64,000 nt of DNA from Lytechinus pictus. Its lineage: Eukaryota. A program made the position numbers and the translations under genes. The notes under the pieces were generated by a model. That model did no database searches. It was not told where the DNA came from and saw only the letters and a list, made by a program, of their open reading frames with translations. Of the stretch, positions 1 through 11,600 are shown piece after piece. Numbering within the stretch: position 1 is the first letter of the stretch; each line of letters opens with the position of its first letter. The stretch lies in NCBI RefSeq assembly GCF_037042905.1, contig NC_087245.1:9550001-9614000 (forward strand). The letters run 5' to 3'.

Positions 1-268
1 TCGTAAATGAAAATGAAAATCCATATTTTGTTCGAAATAGACATGAAATGAAATACTCAAAAATTTGCTTTGCCCAATTGATCGTGGGCCCGGCAGCCGC
101 TGTGCATTGCCAGATCGACGAGGCTCTATCCCTTTAATCGTTGAACGCCAAACAGGGTAGCAGCAACTCCCATCTTTTAACGTCTTTTTGGTCTGACGCG
201 GCCGGGGTTTGAACCCCCGACCTCCCGGTTGTGGGACGGACGCTCTACCAACTGAGCCAACACACCGG
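1..268 (-). mobile_element. tRNA-derived SINE (tRNA-Val-like head, V-SINE-like core)
   Basis: A box TGGCTCAGTTGG, B box GGTTCAAACCC, followed by non-tRNA body and (TTTCAT)n tail. Confidence 0.78.
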
Positions 269-2063
269 TAAAATGGTGCCCTGTTCAGCCGAGAGAAAGA
301 AAATATTTTTTTTTTTTAATTTACTTCACATTAAAAGTTCGTCTCATAAATGGACCTTTTGAGTCAACACCAATTTGCCACCAATCTTAAACCTCCATCA
401 TTAACCAACTCAGCACTCTACTTATATAGTCGTTATCACCACCCAGCTGGTATCATCTCAGCGACCTAGGGTTAACTCGTCACTTTTCACTTTATCTCGC
501 TCATCATCCACTCATAAATCAAAAATTTTCTTCCATTTTTGCCATTCTCAGCTCTCCTGTTTCTCACTCACTCTCTCGCCATTCATCACCTCAAAAATTA
601 CTTATTTCTCTAGCACAAACGCACACACACTCTTTAATGAACTTGTTAATAACCTGTCATTTTACTGTCACTCGGTCCATCCGTCACCTATTATTCCGGC
701 ATGCCATGCACCCTTTTGAAATAGCCCAGACCATAACATAGGCACATTGGCCAATCCATTGCCACTGGCCATTCACGTTTTACCCCTACTATAGTCACCT
801 CATCAATCGACAGCATCTTCGTCACCCTATTGTTATTAATGTATCATTCCAATCTTTGGCCAGAATTTCAACTCGTCATCCTATCACGCATACTTTCCAA
901 CACGTCACGCGTAGAATTTGGCAACTTTACTCATCAATCTCGACAGTCATGACTCATGTGTCATTAACCGACTGACAACTTCTCATCTCATCCCACTCGT
1001 CACCCTTGTCATCTTTCAACTCATCAATACATTGTCAACACTAACCCTTCGTCACACATGTCACCCACTTTGCCACTACACTTGGCATTTATTCTTGCTA
1101 TCACCTATCGTTGACAAATCGCCACTTTACTATCGTGACTATCGTCACCATTCGTGTCATCCAAATTAATCAACCAACTTTTCTCATTACACCTGCCACC
1201 AAACCTGTCTCCACGTTCGTCATCCGACCCACGACCACATTTCCTTTCAACCATTTTAGCCACAAGGGTTTCATCAAATATTTCCAAAATCTCATCACCC
1301 TCACATGACGGCACGCTCACAGTCGCCTTGTAATCATTCCTGCCCGCAAACCTGTTACGTCAACCCAACTCAACTTAACCTGAACTTCAAATATACTTAT
1401 CAACACGCTCTTCACTCTAATCACATCATACCCCGGCATTATACCCTCATAGCCCTATAGCAATCATTACAATCGTCATCTGATGGAGCTTTTCAGGAAA
1501 CTTGCGTTCAATTTCAAATCAGGTGTATGTCCCAGAATCAGGCTACGTCCTGTGATTACATGCATTTTTTATCAACATTATTTCTGATTTAGGGACTTAC
1601 GATTGATTTGCAATTGATCGTAGGTTTCTTGCAACACCCCCATCAGGGTGTCATTGCACTCGTCACTGACTACACTACTCGTTCATTCGTACCGTAATCA
1701 TCACTCCAATCGCTATCATTCTTCGTCATAATTCACTTACTTCACTTATCATTCCAATCTTTATTTTACTTGTGACTTCACTAGGCACTTATACCCAACT
1801 TATATCACTCTTACTCACCCTCACATATCACTACCTTTGACTGTCACCCACCTCATCATGTCATTCAATCTGTCACCACCCTTAATCACTTGTCACTACC
1901 CTTGATACTTTACTTTTCATCCAACCCATCAAAAAATACTTGTCACTAACTCGTCACCCACATTCGTCACTGACTCACAATCCCAACGTCACAGCCAAAA
2001 CCCAACTCATCACTATATTCATCGACCACAATCTCATTACCCCCTTTAAGACATTTCACTATA

Positions 2064-2398
2064 GGCCTTGTGGTATGCGCCTGTAATCCTGCCATAGTGG
2101 GGAAGTTACAAATTGATGCAGAGGTTCGAAGTTCGAGCCCTGCATGGGGAGTGTTTCAAGAAAGGATTTGTCGAACGTTTTATCCGACAAGTCCAGTTTG
2201 ACCCGACCGTTGTCATAGTTACAGGGCTTCTAATCAAATCAAAATGAAGGAAAGCCGTCAGATCTGACAAGTTGACGGACAAAGTGTTGATGAAACTCTC
2301 CCCAGGTCATGTCTTTCGGATGGTGACGTTAAATGTCGGCCCAGACGTAATCTTATCTGATTGATACACGTCTGTTAGAAAAAACTTAAACACACACA
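2064..2398 (+). mobile_element. SINE-like element with 7SL/Alu-like 5' end, interrupted by a MITE
   Basis: GGCCTTGTGGTATGCGCCTGTAATCC head, B box GTTCGAGCCC, core TTCGGATGGTGACGTTAAA, (AC)n tail. Confidence 0.55.
2146..2303. mobile_element. Small MITE
   Basis: TIRs GGGGAGTGTTTCA / TGAAACTCTCCCC. Confidence 0.7.
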
Positions 2399-2483
2399 TC
2401 TCACCAAACTAGATAATTTAGACCCATATATATATATATAATGTATATTCCCTTCAATATTTGCATTCTAAAGACTTTCTAAC

Positions 2484-2649
2484 CTGCCCACGAGCATAAG
2501 TTCCCTGACGCCTGGATCTTTCTTGCTGAATTTCTTTCTCAAGTACGTCCATACATCGATGGTGAATAGAGTACTTGTTGAGTTAAAGATAGATGTTAGA
2601 TCACTCATCAGAGCAGCCAACATCACAGCAAGCATTATACCACGAAGGC
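2484..2649 (-). CDS. SLC5A3-like exon 11 ([34 protein letters not shown]...RELMLVGR)
   Basis: 166 bp, AATAG/GTTAGA boundaries, AALMSDL as in SMIT1. Confidence 0.95.
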
Positions 2650-5600
2650 CTATTAATAAGGAAAGATATACTTGACTAAACTATAAAAAAAATAACTTTG
2701 AACAATTAAGAGTCAACGCGTTGATTGTCCACTCTTTAAAATCCACTTTAAAACAAATTCTCAAATACCACACTGCCTCTATAACTTAGACCGATACATT
2801 AAATCCTTATATTTCGTGAAATGATACATTTACTATAGCTTACCAATCAAGTTGATCCTCCAATAACCCATGTAATTACTTTTTAATATTTATTTATTTA
2901 TTTATTTATTCAGTCTTATTTAAAAACAGGGTAATCCTTTCAGAGCCAAGAGGCCTGCTTTTCAAAAGAGCCCTGTTACATAAAATATTACATACAAATG
3001 AGAACTTATAATGTACAAAACCATAGAAATAGGACTACACAAAATAATACAACACATATGTAATTAAACTAAATTGAACTAAAATGAACTAAACTGAACT
3101 AAACTAGACTAAACTAAACTAAAAAAACTTAGCTAAAAGCATAACAAAACAAGACATGAAAAAGGAAAAGGAAACCGATAACCAGCACGACATAAAAAGT
3201 TTGACTTCTATTAGTATGATTATAACAGAAAATGAACCAGCAATTTCCTGCATTATTTTAACAATGACAGGTTGATTGTGCGTATTTGGGTCTTAAAAGA
3301 ATTGAGTGTAGTTGCCGTACGAATATATGTTGGTAGTTTGTTGTAGATACTGGGGGCTACGAATGAAAATGACCGTTTTTTAAATTCAGTACTGGGTTTT
3401 GGTATGAACAGTGGGTTTAATGTAGAATGGCGGGTGACATAATAGATAGGACGTTTTGTAGCAAGACCATTCAAGTAATAGGGTGCTAAGTCATGAAGTA
3501 TTTTAAAGACAGAAATACAATACTGATAGTTAATTCTACTGTCAACGCTTTGCCATCCGAGACTATTAAGTAGAGTTTCTGTGGTAGTTGTGTTGTCTGC
3601 GTTGAGAACTAGTCTTGCATATCTGTTCTGGGTACGTTGCAGTTTTATCAAGTCCGTTTTGTTACATTTTCCCCAAACCACCGAACAATAGTCTATGTGG
3701 GGTAGAATAAACGAGTAATACAGCTGTGCAAGGATTTTCTCTGTTAAAAATGACTTTATCCTCCTAATGCACCCTATTGCTCTATTTATCTTTCTAATTG
3801 TATTCGATATATGTAATGACCAGTTTAGACTTTGGTCAAGAGTTATACCAAGGTAGTTAGTATGAGTTACATTCTCGAGGTAATCTTCCCCGTGAGAAAT
3901 TCTGAGAATCTGATTTTTTACTTTACGTTTGGTGCCAAATACCATTACTTTTGTTTTGGTAGCATTTATTTCCATTAGATTAATTTTGAACCATTGACGC
4001 AATAAATCGTATTCCTTTTGCAGGATCGTTTGGCTGCTCAAAATATTATTTCCTTTGCAAAACAATGCCGTGTCATCGGCGTAGAGGGCAATTTTTGTTT
4101 CATTTTCAAATTGTAAATTACACATATCATTTATGGATAGACAAAAAAGTAAGGGCCCCAGAATGGACCCTTGTGGGACTCCAGAAGAAACATTCTCAAA
4201 ATCACTCAGGGCACCTTGGAAAGAAACGCATTGCTGTCTCTTACAAAGGTAAGAAGCAAACCATTCTAGTTCAGTTGTTTTTATACCATAAAAAGGCAAT
4301 TTTGATAAGAGAATTTCATGCGATATAATATCAAAGGCCTTTTTTAAATCTAGAAAAATTGCCCCTGTTATAAGACCAGAATCAAGATTATTTGACAGAA
4401 AGTCAGTAATTTCAACTAAACATGTGGCTGTTGAATGCTTAGGGCGAAAGCCTGATTGCCTGTGTGACAGTAATTCAAATTTTTGTAAGTATTCGTAAAG
4501 CTGCATGTGCACCGCCCTTTCGAGAATCTTAGATACACAAGATAACAATGATATTGGACGAAAGTTGTTCAATACACCTGAATCACCACCTTTCGGTACA
4601 GGAACTATCTTAGCCTTTTTAAAGTCGCTCGGGAAACATCCCGAATTTAAAGATTTGTTTAAAATATGTGTGAGTGGTTCCGCAATGCACACAGCTGCGG
4701 ATTTCAGTAGCTTAGGATGCAAGTCATCTAAACCAGCGGCTTTATTAACATCTATTTTTTGCAATTCTTTTTTTACAAATTCCGTCTTGATTTCTTCAAA
4801 CTTAAAAGTAGAATTTACTTGGGACAACGTATTCAGGGAATTAAAATTCTTGTGTCCGGAACGAGTAATACAATTTCCAACGTTGACAAACATTTCATTG
4901 AATGCTTTCGCGATTTGCGATTTATCTGAAATCATATCAGTGCCTATTTTAATATTCGAATTGATTGTGGCCCTTTTCTTTGGAAGTAAGCCTTTCAATA
5001 CTTTCCATGAGTTCTGCATGTTGTTGCCACACCGTTGCAATTTAGAATAAAAATATTCCTTCTTAAGTTTCTTATTCAAATTATTTGCTTTGATTCTGAG
5101 ATATTTGTATTTTTCCCAGACTTCATTTATATGCCCTTCCTCTGTTTGACACGTTTGAACATTCTTAATCGATTTTTTCTTCAGTTGAATAAACTTTTTC
5201 TTATAATAATCACGGTCTCTGGCTATGGCGAGATATCTATTTGTAATCCATGGGGCACCACGCAGCTTTTTACGAACAGAGACAAAGGGAGCATGTTTAA
5301 GTGACAAAGAAGAAAAGATTTCTTTAAACTTGGCCAAGCTAGTCTCTACATCATCACTCTCAGTGATAAGACTATTCCACTGAACATTTGAAAGGTCTTT
5401 TAGAAAATCTTCTTCAACAAAGTGTCTGAAAGACCTGAAAGAAAAGATTTCAGGCTGGGATTTTGGCAGACTATACATAAGAATTAAATAGACGAGGGAG
5501 TGGTCACTAAATCCAACAGATTCTGTTCCAGATTTCTTTGTGATCTCCACCATTGGATCTGACACACAAATAACATCAATTAATGTGGTACTATAGGGGG

Positions 5601-8600
5601 TTATTCTAGTTGGCTCCTGAATAAGTTGAGTTAAGTGAAAAATTGAACACAGTTCGTTAACCTTGTTTGACAAAGAGTTTTTTGAAAGCATGTTGCAGTT
5701 CATTTCATGTTTGATAACAGGAGATGCACAATGATTGAGACAACGGGTCATGTCTGGTTCATGCCTAATTCCAACAAATGGGCAGGACATATATTTCACT
5801 ATAAACAGGCAATACGAGCAATGTTACGCCCTCGGTCGAAAATGAATTTGCATGAAGCCCTCCTGTGCATTGTCGCTATAAGTTGTTTATATTTGTACAG
5901 CTCGTCCCAAAAAAATGTCCCTCTGACATAGGGCTCAATTAATTCTAAAACGTGGTAGTATTCTCAAATAAATGTTGATGAGTAGAAAGCTCATTTCATG
6001 ATCTAACTTCAATGAACATTTTATTGGTCGCGCTTCAATGGTTTGAATACCCACTCTGCTACGTAACAGTGGTGCATTTTAGGCCATTCCAAGTTTGCAG
6101 CATTGATGCATTTCTGCATTGTCTATGGCATGTTAACCCCCATTTTTACATCCAGGATCTGAGCAGGGACATTTCCCTAATCATATCCAGGCTCATCAAA
6201 TCATAAACTTTGGCATGTTCAGAAGGACAAGAAACATAAAAATAAGGTTTTTTTGATGATTGATAAGGGGAATCAGTGTACCAACTTGAAAGAAAATGTG
6301 AATGATGGATGAGTAAAATAAGCTGAAAAATAAAGGAGAATCCACAAGTTAATCACCCTTTGCGAAAAGAAACTTTACCAGAGAAAATTTTAACTTTCTT
6401 TCAGTTTCTTTCAAACAGTTACAACTTGAATTCAGTAGCTTATTAACTAAAAAATAAGGAATGAAAACAAAAATGCAGTATTGTTGGAATTAGGCATGAA
6501 CCAGACATGACCCGTTGTCTCAATCATTGTGCATCTCCTGTTATCAAACATGAAATGAACTGTCAAATATTGTTTTTGCCCTTCTGACTGGGCCTTCTGA
6601 ACATGCTCAAGGTTGTGATTTGATGAGCCTGGTTAGATCATGGAGATTTCCCTGGTCAGATCAGTGAATTCCTTGGTCAGAATGGTCAAAGTGGGTTGAT
6701 ATGCTAGAAAGTGCAGAACACACATGCATGCAAACTTGGAATGGGCTGAAAAGCACCACTGTTACATAATAGACTGTGTATTCAAAACCACTGAAGCGAG
6801 ACCGATGAAATTTTTGTAGAAATTAGAACATGAGATAAGCTTCCTAGTTCCATACATTTCTATGAGAATTATTCTTAGTTTTGGAAGTAATTTAGCCGCA
6901 TATAAGAGGGACATTTTTTTGGGAAGCGCTGTACTGGCCAACTAAATTGTACATTTTTCTTTACTACATTGAACTGTTTATGGTATGTGGTGATGCCAAC
7001 AAATTAATGAATTAATATTGCTCCGAATAAACATACTTGAAATTATGACATCCTTAATTTGGCGACACCCATCTAATAAAGCTCGCTTCATAATCTTTGC
7101 CACCGTATCAACTTTTATGTATTTTGCCCCCATAATGTACTTTATTTCAAAATAATACCAACCAGTAGGAAGTACGGCCATGACCAATCTAGGATACGCA
7201 ATATTGGTACATCCCGTAGTACTACCACATACCTCCATGCATGTTTCAGCAGTAGAACAGGCTACTTCATCTAAACAAAGAAGAAAGGGAAATGTTTTAA
7301 AAAAATCTCTAGGATTAAAGCCGAGACGAATAGTTTCGTTTTCGGCATATGTAAAAGAAAGGGATCAGCACAATATTTAGGGATTAGACAGGGTGATAAA
7401 TCAATTTAGTTAGGTTGAATGGATTGAAATTGGTCATCATGAAATGTACTTTTAAAATGTCATTATAAAAAGTTATTGAATGAAATTATGTTTAAATACA
7501 GAATCATCAATGATAATCTAATCTCTATTTAGAGAGTCAATATTCGCTTTTCATTTCATTTATTGGTTTTGCAACATTTTTCATAACAGAGATCTCGAAA
7601 AGAAAATGCATATCTACAATATGACATAAATTTGTTTAATTCAATTAACATTACATGACATATATTCCTGTTTTCATTAATGGAATTAACATAACATATA
7701 TCCCTATTTTCTTTAATAGAATTAACATAACATAAATTATATCCCCATTTTCATAAATGGAATGTCCACATTATCATACCTGGGAACATGATCCTGCTGA
7801 TCATTCCGGGAAGTACCATTAAGAACATAGGGAGAAATTTGATATATCCAGCGAGGATGCAACCACCCTGGGCATGAGACAGACTTTTCGATGCCAGTGC
7901 TCTCTGCACCATCATCTACAAAATGAGATTGTTAATTTATAAAATATAGACAGCGTTAATCATAGCTTCTTTTATGGGGGATGAATAGCCAGTAAAAATA
8001 TGTAATACTTTGAAATTTACTAAAATCAGTAATCTATCGATCCCCTTTCACCCGCCTCCCCATTATAATATCCCCATTTATAGTCATTATTTCTTTTAAA
8101 TTCATGTTATTCTTTTCGCCCTTCTCCTAGCCCTGGTTCATCCTTCAATAATTCTGAGCGAAGTTGGCTAAGTCGGTAAAGCGTCTGCTTGTCGAACCAA
8201 AGATTCGTGGGTTCGAGTCCACCCCCGGCGGATGACTGAAACTAGTGCGTTGTGTGTAAACGTCTCTCCCCTGTTCCATATAGATGCAGGCTATGTTACA
8301 GTGGAAAACAATCCGTCCCTCGGATAGGACGGTAAATGGAGGCCCCGTGTAGAGGAGAGTCGCCACCTTTGCACGTTAAGAACCCACTGCACTATTTGTA
8401 TAGGAGTAGGGGGAATCCTAGTGTAGTGGTCCATACCTGCACTCCCCCCAATCGGTTATATCGGGAGGAGAGACATGCGGGGCAGTGATTCGCCAGTTCA
8501 CTTTTCGCCTCCCAGGTACAGGTGACGCCAAACAAAGATAATAATAATAGTAGTAGCAGTAGTAGTAATAATGATAATGATAATAGCGATAACAATAATA

Positions 8601-11600
8601 ATAATAATAATAACAATCCCTTCCTTCCTACCTTTTCTATTGCATTTTCTGCAGTGTATAGTATCATCAATGTAAATATTTATATGCCCAATACTGTATG
8701 TCTAATTCATTATCTATTACCTTGTTCAAAAATAAACTAAAAACCTACCTTTTTCAAGAGAGTATCAATAAATAAGTATCTTTTTTTTAATATAATTTGT
8801 AGAGAAAGTATGCATCCCTTATCAAGTAATTAGAACTATCATACTTTTGTGTATTTATCTTGCGAACTATTTTACCTTTTATTATTGTAATGCGCAGTTG
8901 AGCATAGAAATTGCGCGATATAAAATGTAAAACTATTATTATTATTATTATCATTATTATCATTATTATTATTATTATCGTTATTATTATTATTATCATT
9001 ATTATCATTATTATTATTATTATCGTTATTATTATTATTATTACTACTACTGTTGTTATTTTGGGGGGGCCCTGTTACCTGATCCGTACACCAATACCAA
9101 ATAGAAGCTGGTGTCTGACCGAAGAGAAAACCGGCCCAGGGCATGTCAGAGTTAGTTGGGTGACGTAACATTTGGAATGAATCTTCCCTCGGATATCCGC
9201 ATGAAGTATCCGGATTATAAATTGTCGTGTTTGGTATAGCATTCATGTACTTCACCCGTAACTGATCATAACCACCGATGCGAACAAAACCTGGATGTTG
9301 AATTTATTTAAAAAAATCTAATAAGAATTTGAAATGAAATATCTAAATATCATTTAGCTCTTTCTTAAATATATATTGACTATAGTAGTTTGTTAGTTCT
9401 TGTTAGAAAACATTCTTCCAGGTTTACAAACTTTATAAACCTTCATAATCAACATGATTAAAACACAAATTCAACGAAAAGAGACGTTATTCAACAAAAT
9501 TTCATTTTTATACGACCTATCAGACGAAATATAACTTTTTATATCATCTTTACCTTTCAAGCTCATACAGACTTACGGCGGTTCACTTTGTCCAAACTTT
9601 GGTTCTTGTCAACAAATCGGTCGACCACTGGGTCAGTTTTGATTCCTTGAGAATTCGACAAACAAAGGAAGGTATTAGTTTTAAAAAAGTCTACTTGCTC
9701 TCTTTTTGCAAAACTATAGTTTATATAGCCCTGCTATTCATATTTTTAACTCAATATTTGGTTATGATTGCTTTAAGTTTAGTTCTTACTCATGATCATG
9801 AGAATAGAAGCTCCGATAATCATGATGAAGAATTGAAGAGTGTCTGTGTAGATAACAGCAGCCAGACCACCTAAGGGCAACCAAACAAAAGCAATTAAAT
9901 ATCAACCAAAAAATAAAACATGACATTAATCATGTGCATGTTCATATCCAGCTAAAACGAACAGTTATTTTGAACGATGGGAGAGTAGTTCCAATTAGAT
10001 TTAACAATTCGTCTTTGCAAAGACCATGGTCGATTGTGGACTGTGTCATAAAATTGGTTTATGTCTATTTGAAGACTCTTTCATTTTATATGAATTCTTG
10101 TGGGTTCCGATATCACTCGTAAAATTTCAAACTGCAAAGACACCACCTGACTCTGTCTAAACTGAAAATTATTTTTTAAAGATATTATGGACATTGGGGT
10201 GGTTTATGCAATAAAATTAAATCTTAGCACGAACATATATTTTACAGATTATAGAAAGATTACAATTGTACCATCAGGTCATAGTGATTAAGTTTGCTCT
10301 CCTCTTCCCTGGCCACCAACTAATGCACTGGGCAAACTGCTATCAAATATTGCACGTACCTGCATAATATTTGATGTCATTTTATGTAATGATTGATATT
10401 GCTTTTGTAATCTTGAATATGTTTGAAGTGCCGAATAAATAATAAATAAATACACAGATCATACAATCATCATTTTGTAAACACATATAAAAGCAAACAA
10501 ATCGTCAAGTATAAAGAAAGACTAGTAAATGCTCATTACAATATATTAACTTTACACCAACTATTATTAACTGTCGGGCATAAAATAATGTTATGGGTTT
10601 AGAACGAACCTGTAACTGTGCATACTGCAGTCAAGGCAAGAAGTAATATAATGGAAAGGTATAGATTCCAATGAAGTGCTTCTTGAATGAAGAGTGCTCC
10701 TGAGTAAAGATCGACCTGGTATTCAAATTTTAAACAGTTTGGTAACAACATAAAATAATATGTTCATTATTTTCATCTTTGTCATTATCGTTATTGTTAT
10801 CATTACTATGATTATATAATTTTTATCATTGTTATCATCTATCATCATCATCATCATTATAATTATCATTCTATCATTATTACCATATTAATTATCACAA
10901 ACATCAACATCATCATCGTCGTCATTATCATAATGATAATGACAATGATGATATTACAATTAAAAAGTTCATAATCGAAGAAATTTCTACATTTGCGCGG
11001 TTGATTAAGTGATCTGAGGCATTTTCAATTCTATTACAGTTCTTTAAGTGCTTCGTTTAGAGTGTTGTCAACTTACTCAAGATTGATTCTCGAATCTAAC
11101 CAATCATTCTTTTTTCTTTGTAAAATCTCAATATAAAATCTAACTTTGTTCTTATTTCTCAATCGTGGGGTCACTCATATCATTGGCATACCTTTTCACA
11201 AAGATCTCAATTTCCTTCCGCGTACTAAAAAACCTTTTACCATTTTCGTATAAATCTGTCGTAAGGAAAGTTTCCCAAAATGTTGTACTTTGTTTTTAAC
11301 TTTCATTCACTTTAGGTATGTTATTGAAAATTTGGTGCATCGTTTCTCATAGTTTTTACTCATTATTTGCTTTATGAAGGCCATTGAAAATGTATCGTTT
11401 CTCCTTTGTAGGCCTATGCACTTTCGGGGTCATCAAAACTTTAATGTTACATTAATTATCTGTGAAAAGTATAGCATAACATGAGAAAAGAAATCTGATA
11501 TATGCTAATGAATGAATAATCCTAGCTGCACGAGAATTGTTTGAAAGTGGACGAAATCACATTGGGTGTTTTGTTCAATGTTAAAAATAAATTCCTTACT

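Noticed and set aside
197..268. tRNA genes (also near 8156, 17930, 30305)
   Set aside because: Pol III boxes are present but acceptor stems are poor and each runs into a SINE body and tail.
4065..5304. Plus-strand ORFs overlapping the CR1-group LINE (and minus ORFs in the Tx1 LINE)
   Set aside because: Antisense shadows of RT coding sequence with no independent motifs.
5701..5799. N-terminal MKYMSCPF... of the 848-aa ORF as a real start
   Set aside because: It is flanking and inverted-duplicated DNA fortuitously in frame; the LINE is truncated within the APE domain.
8392..9168. Poly-Leu/Ile/Asn ORFs (also 26735-27050)
   Set aside because: Translations of (AAT)n/(ATT)n; only 9079-9290 on minus is a real exon.
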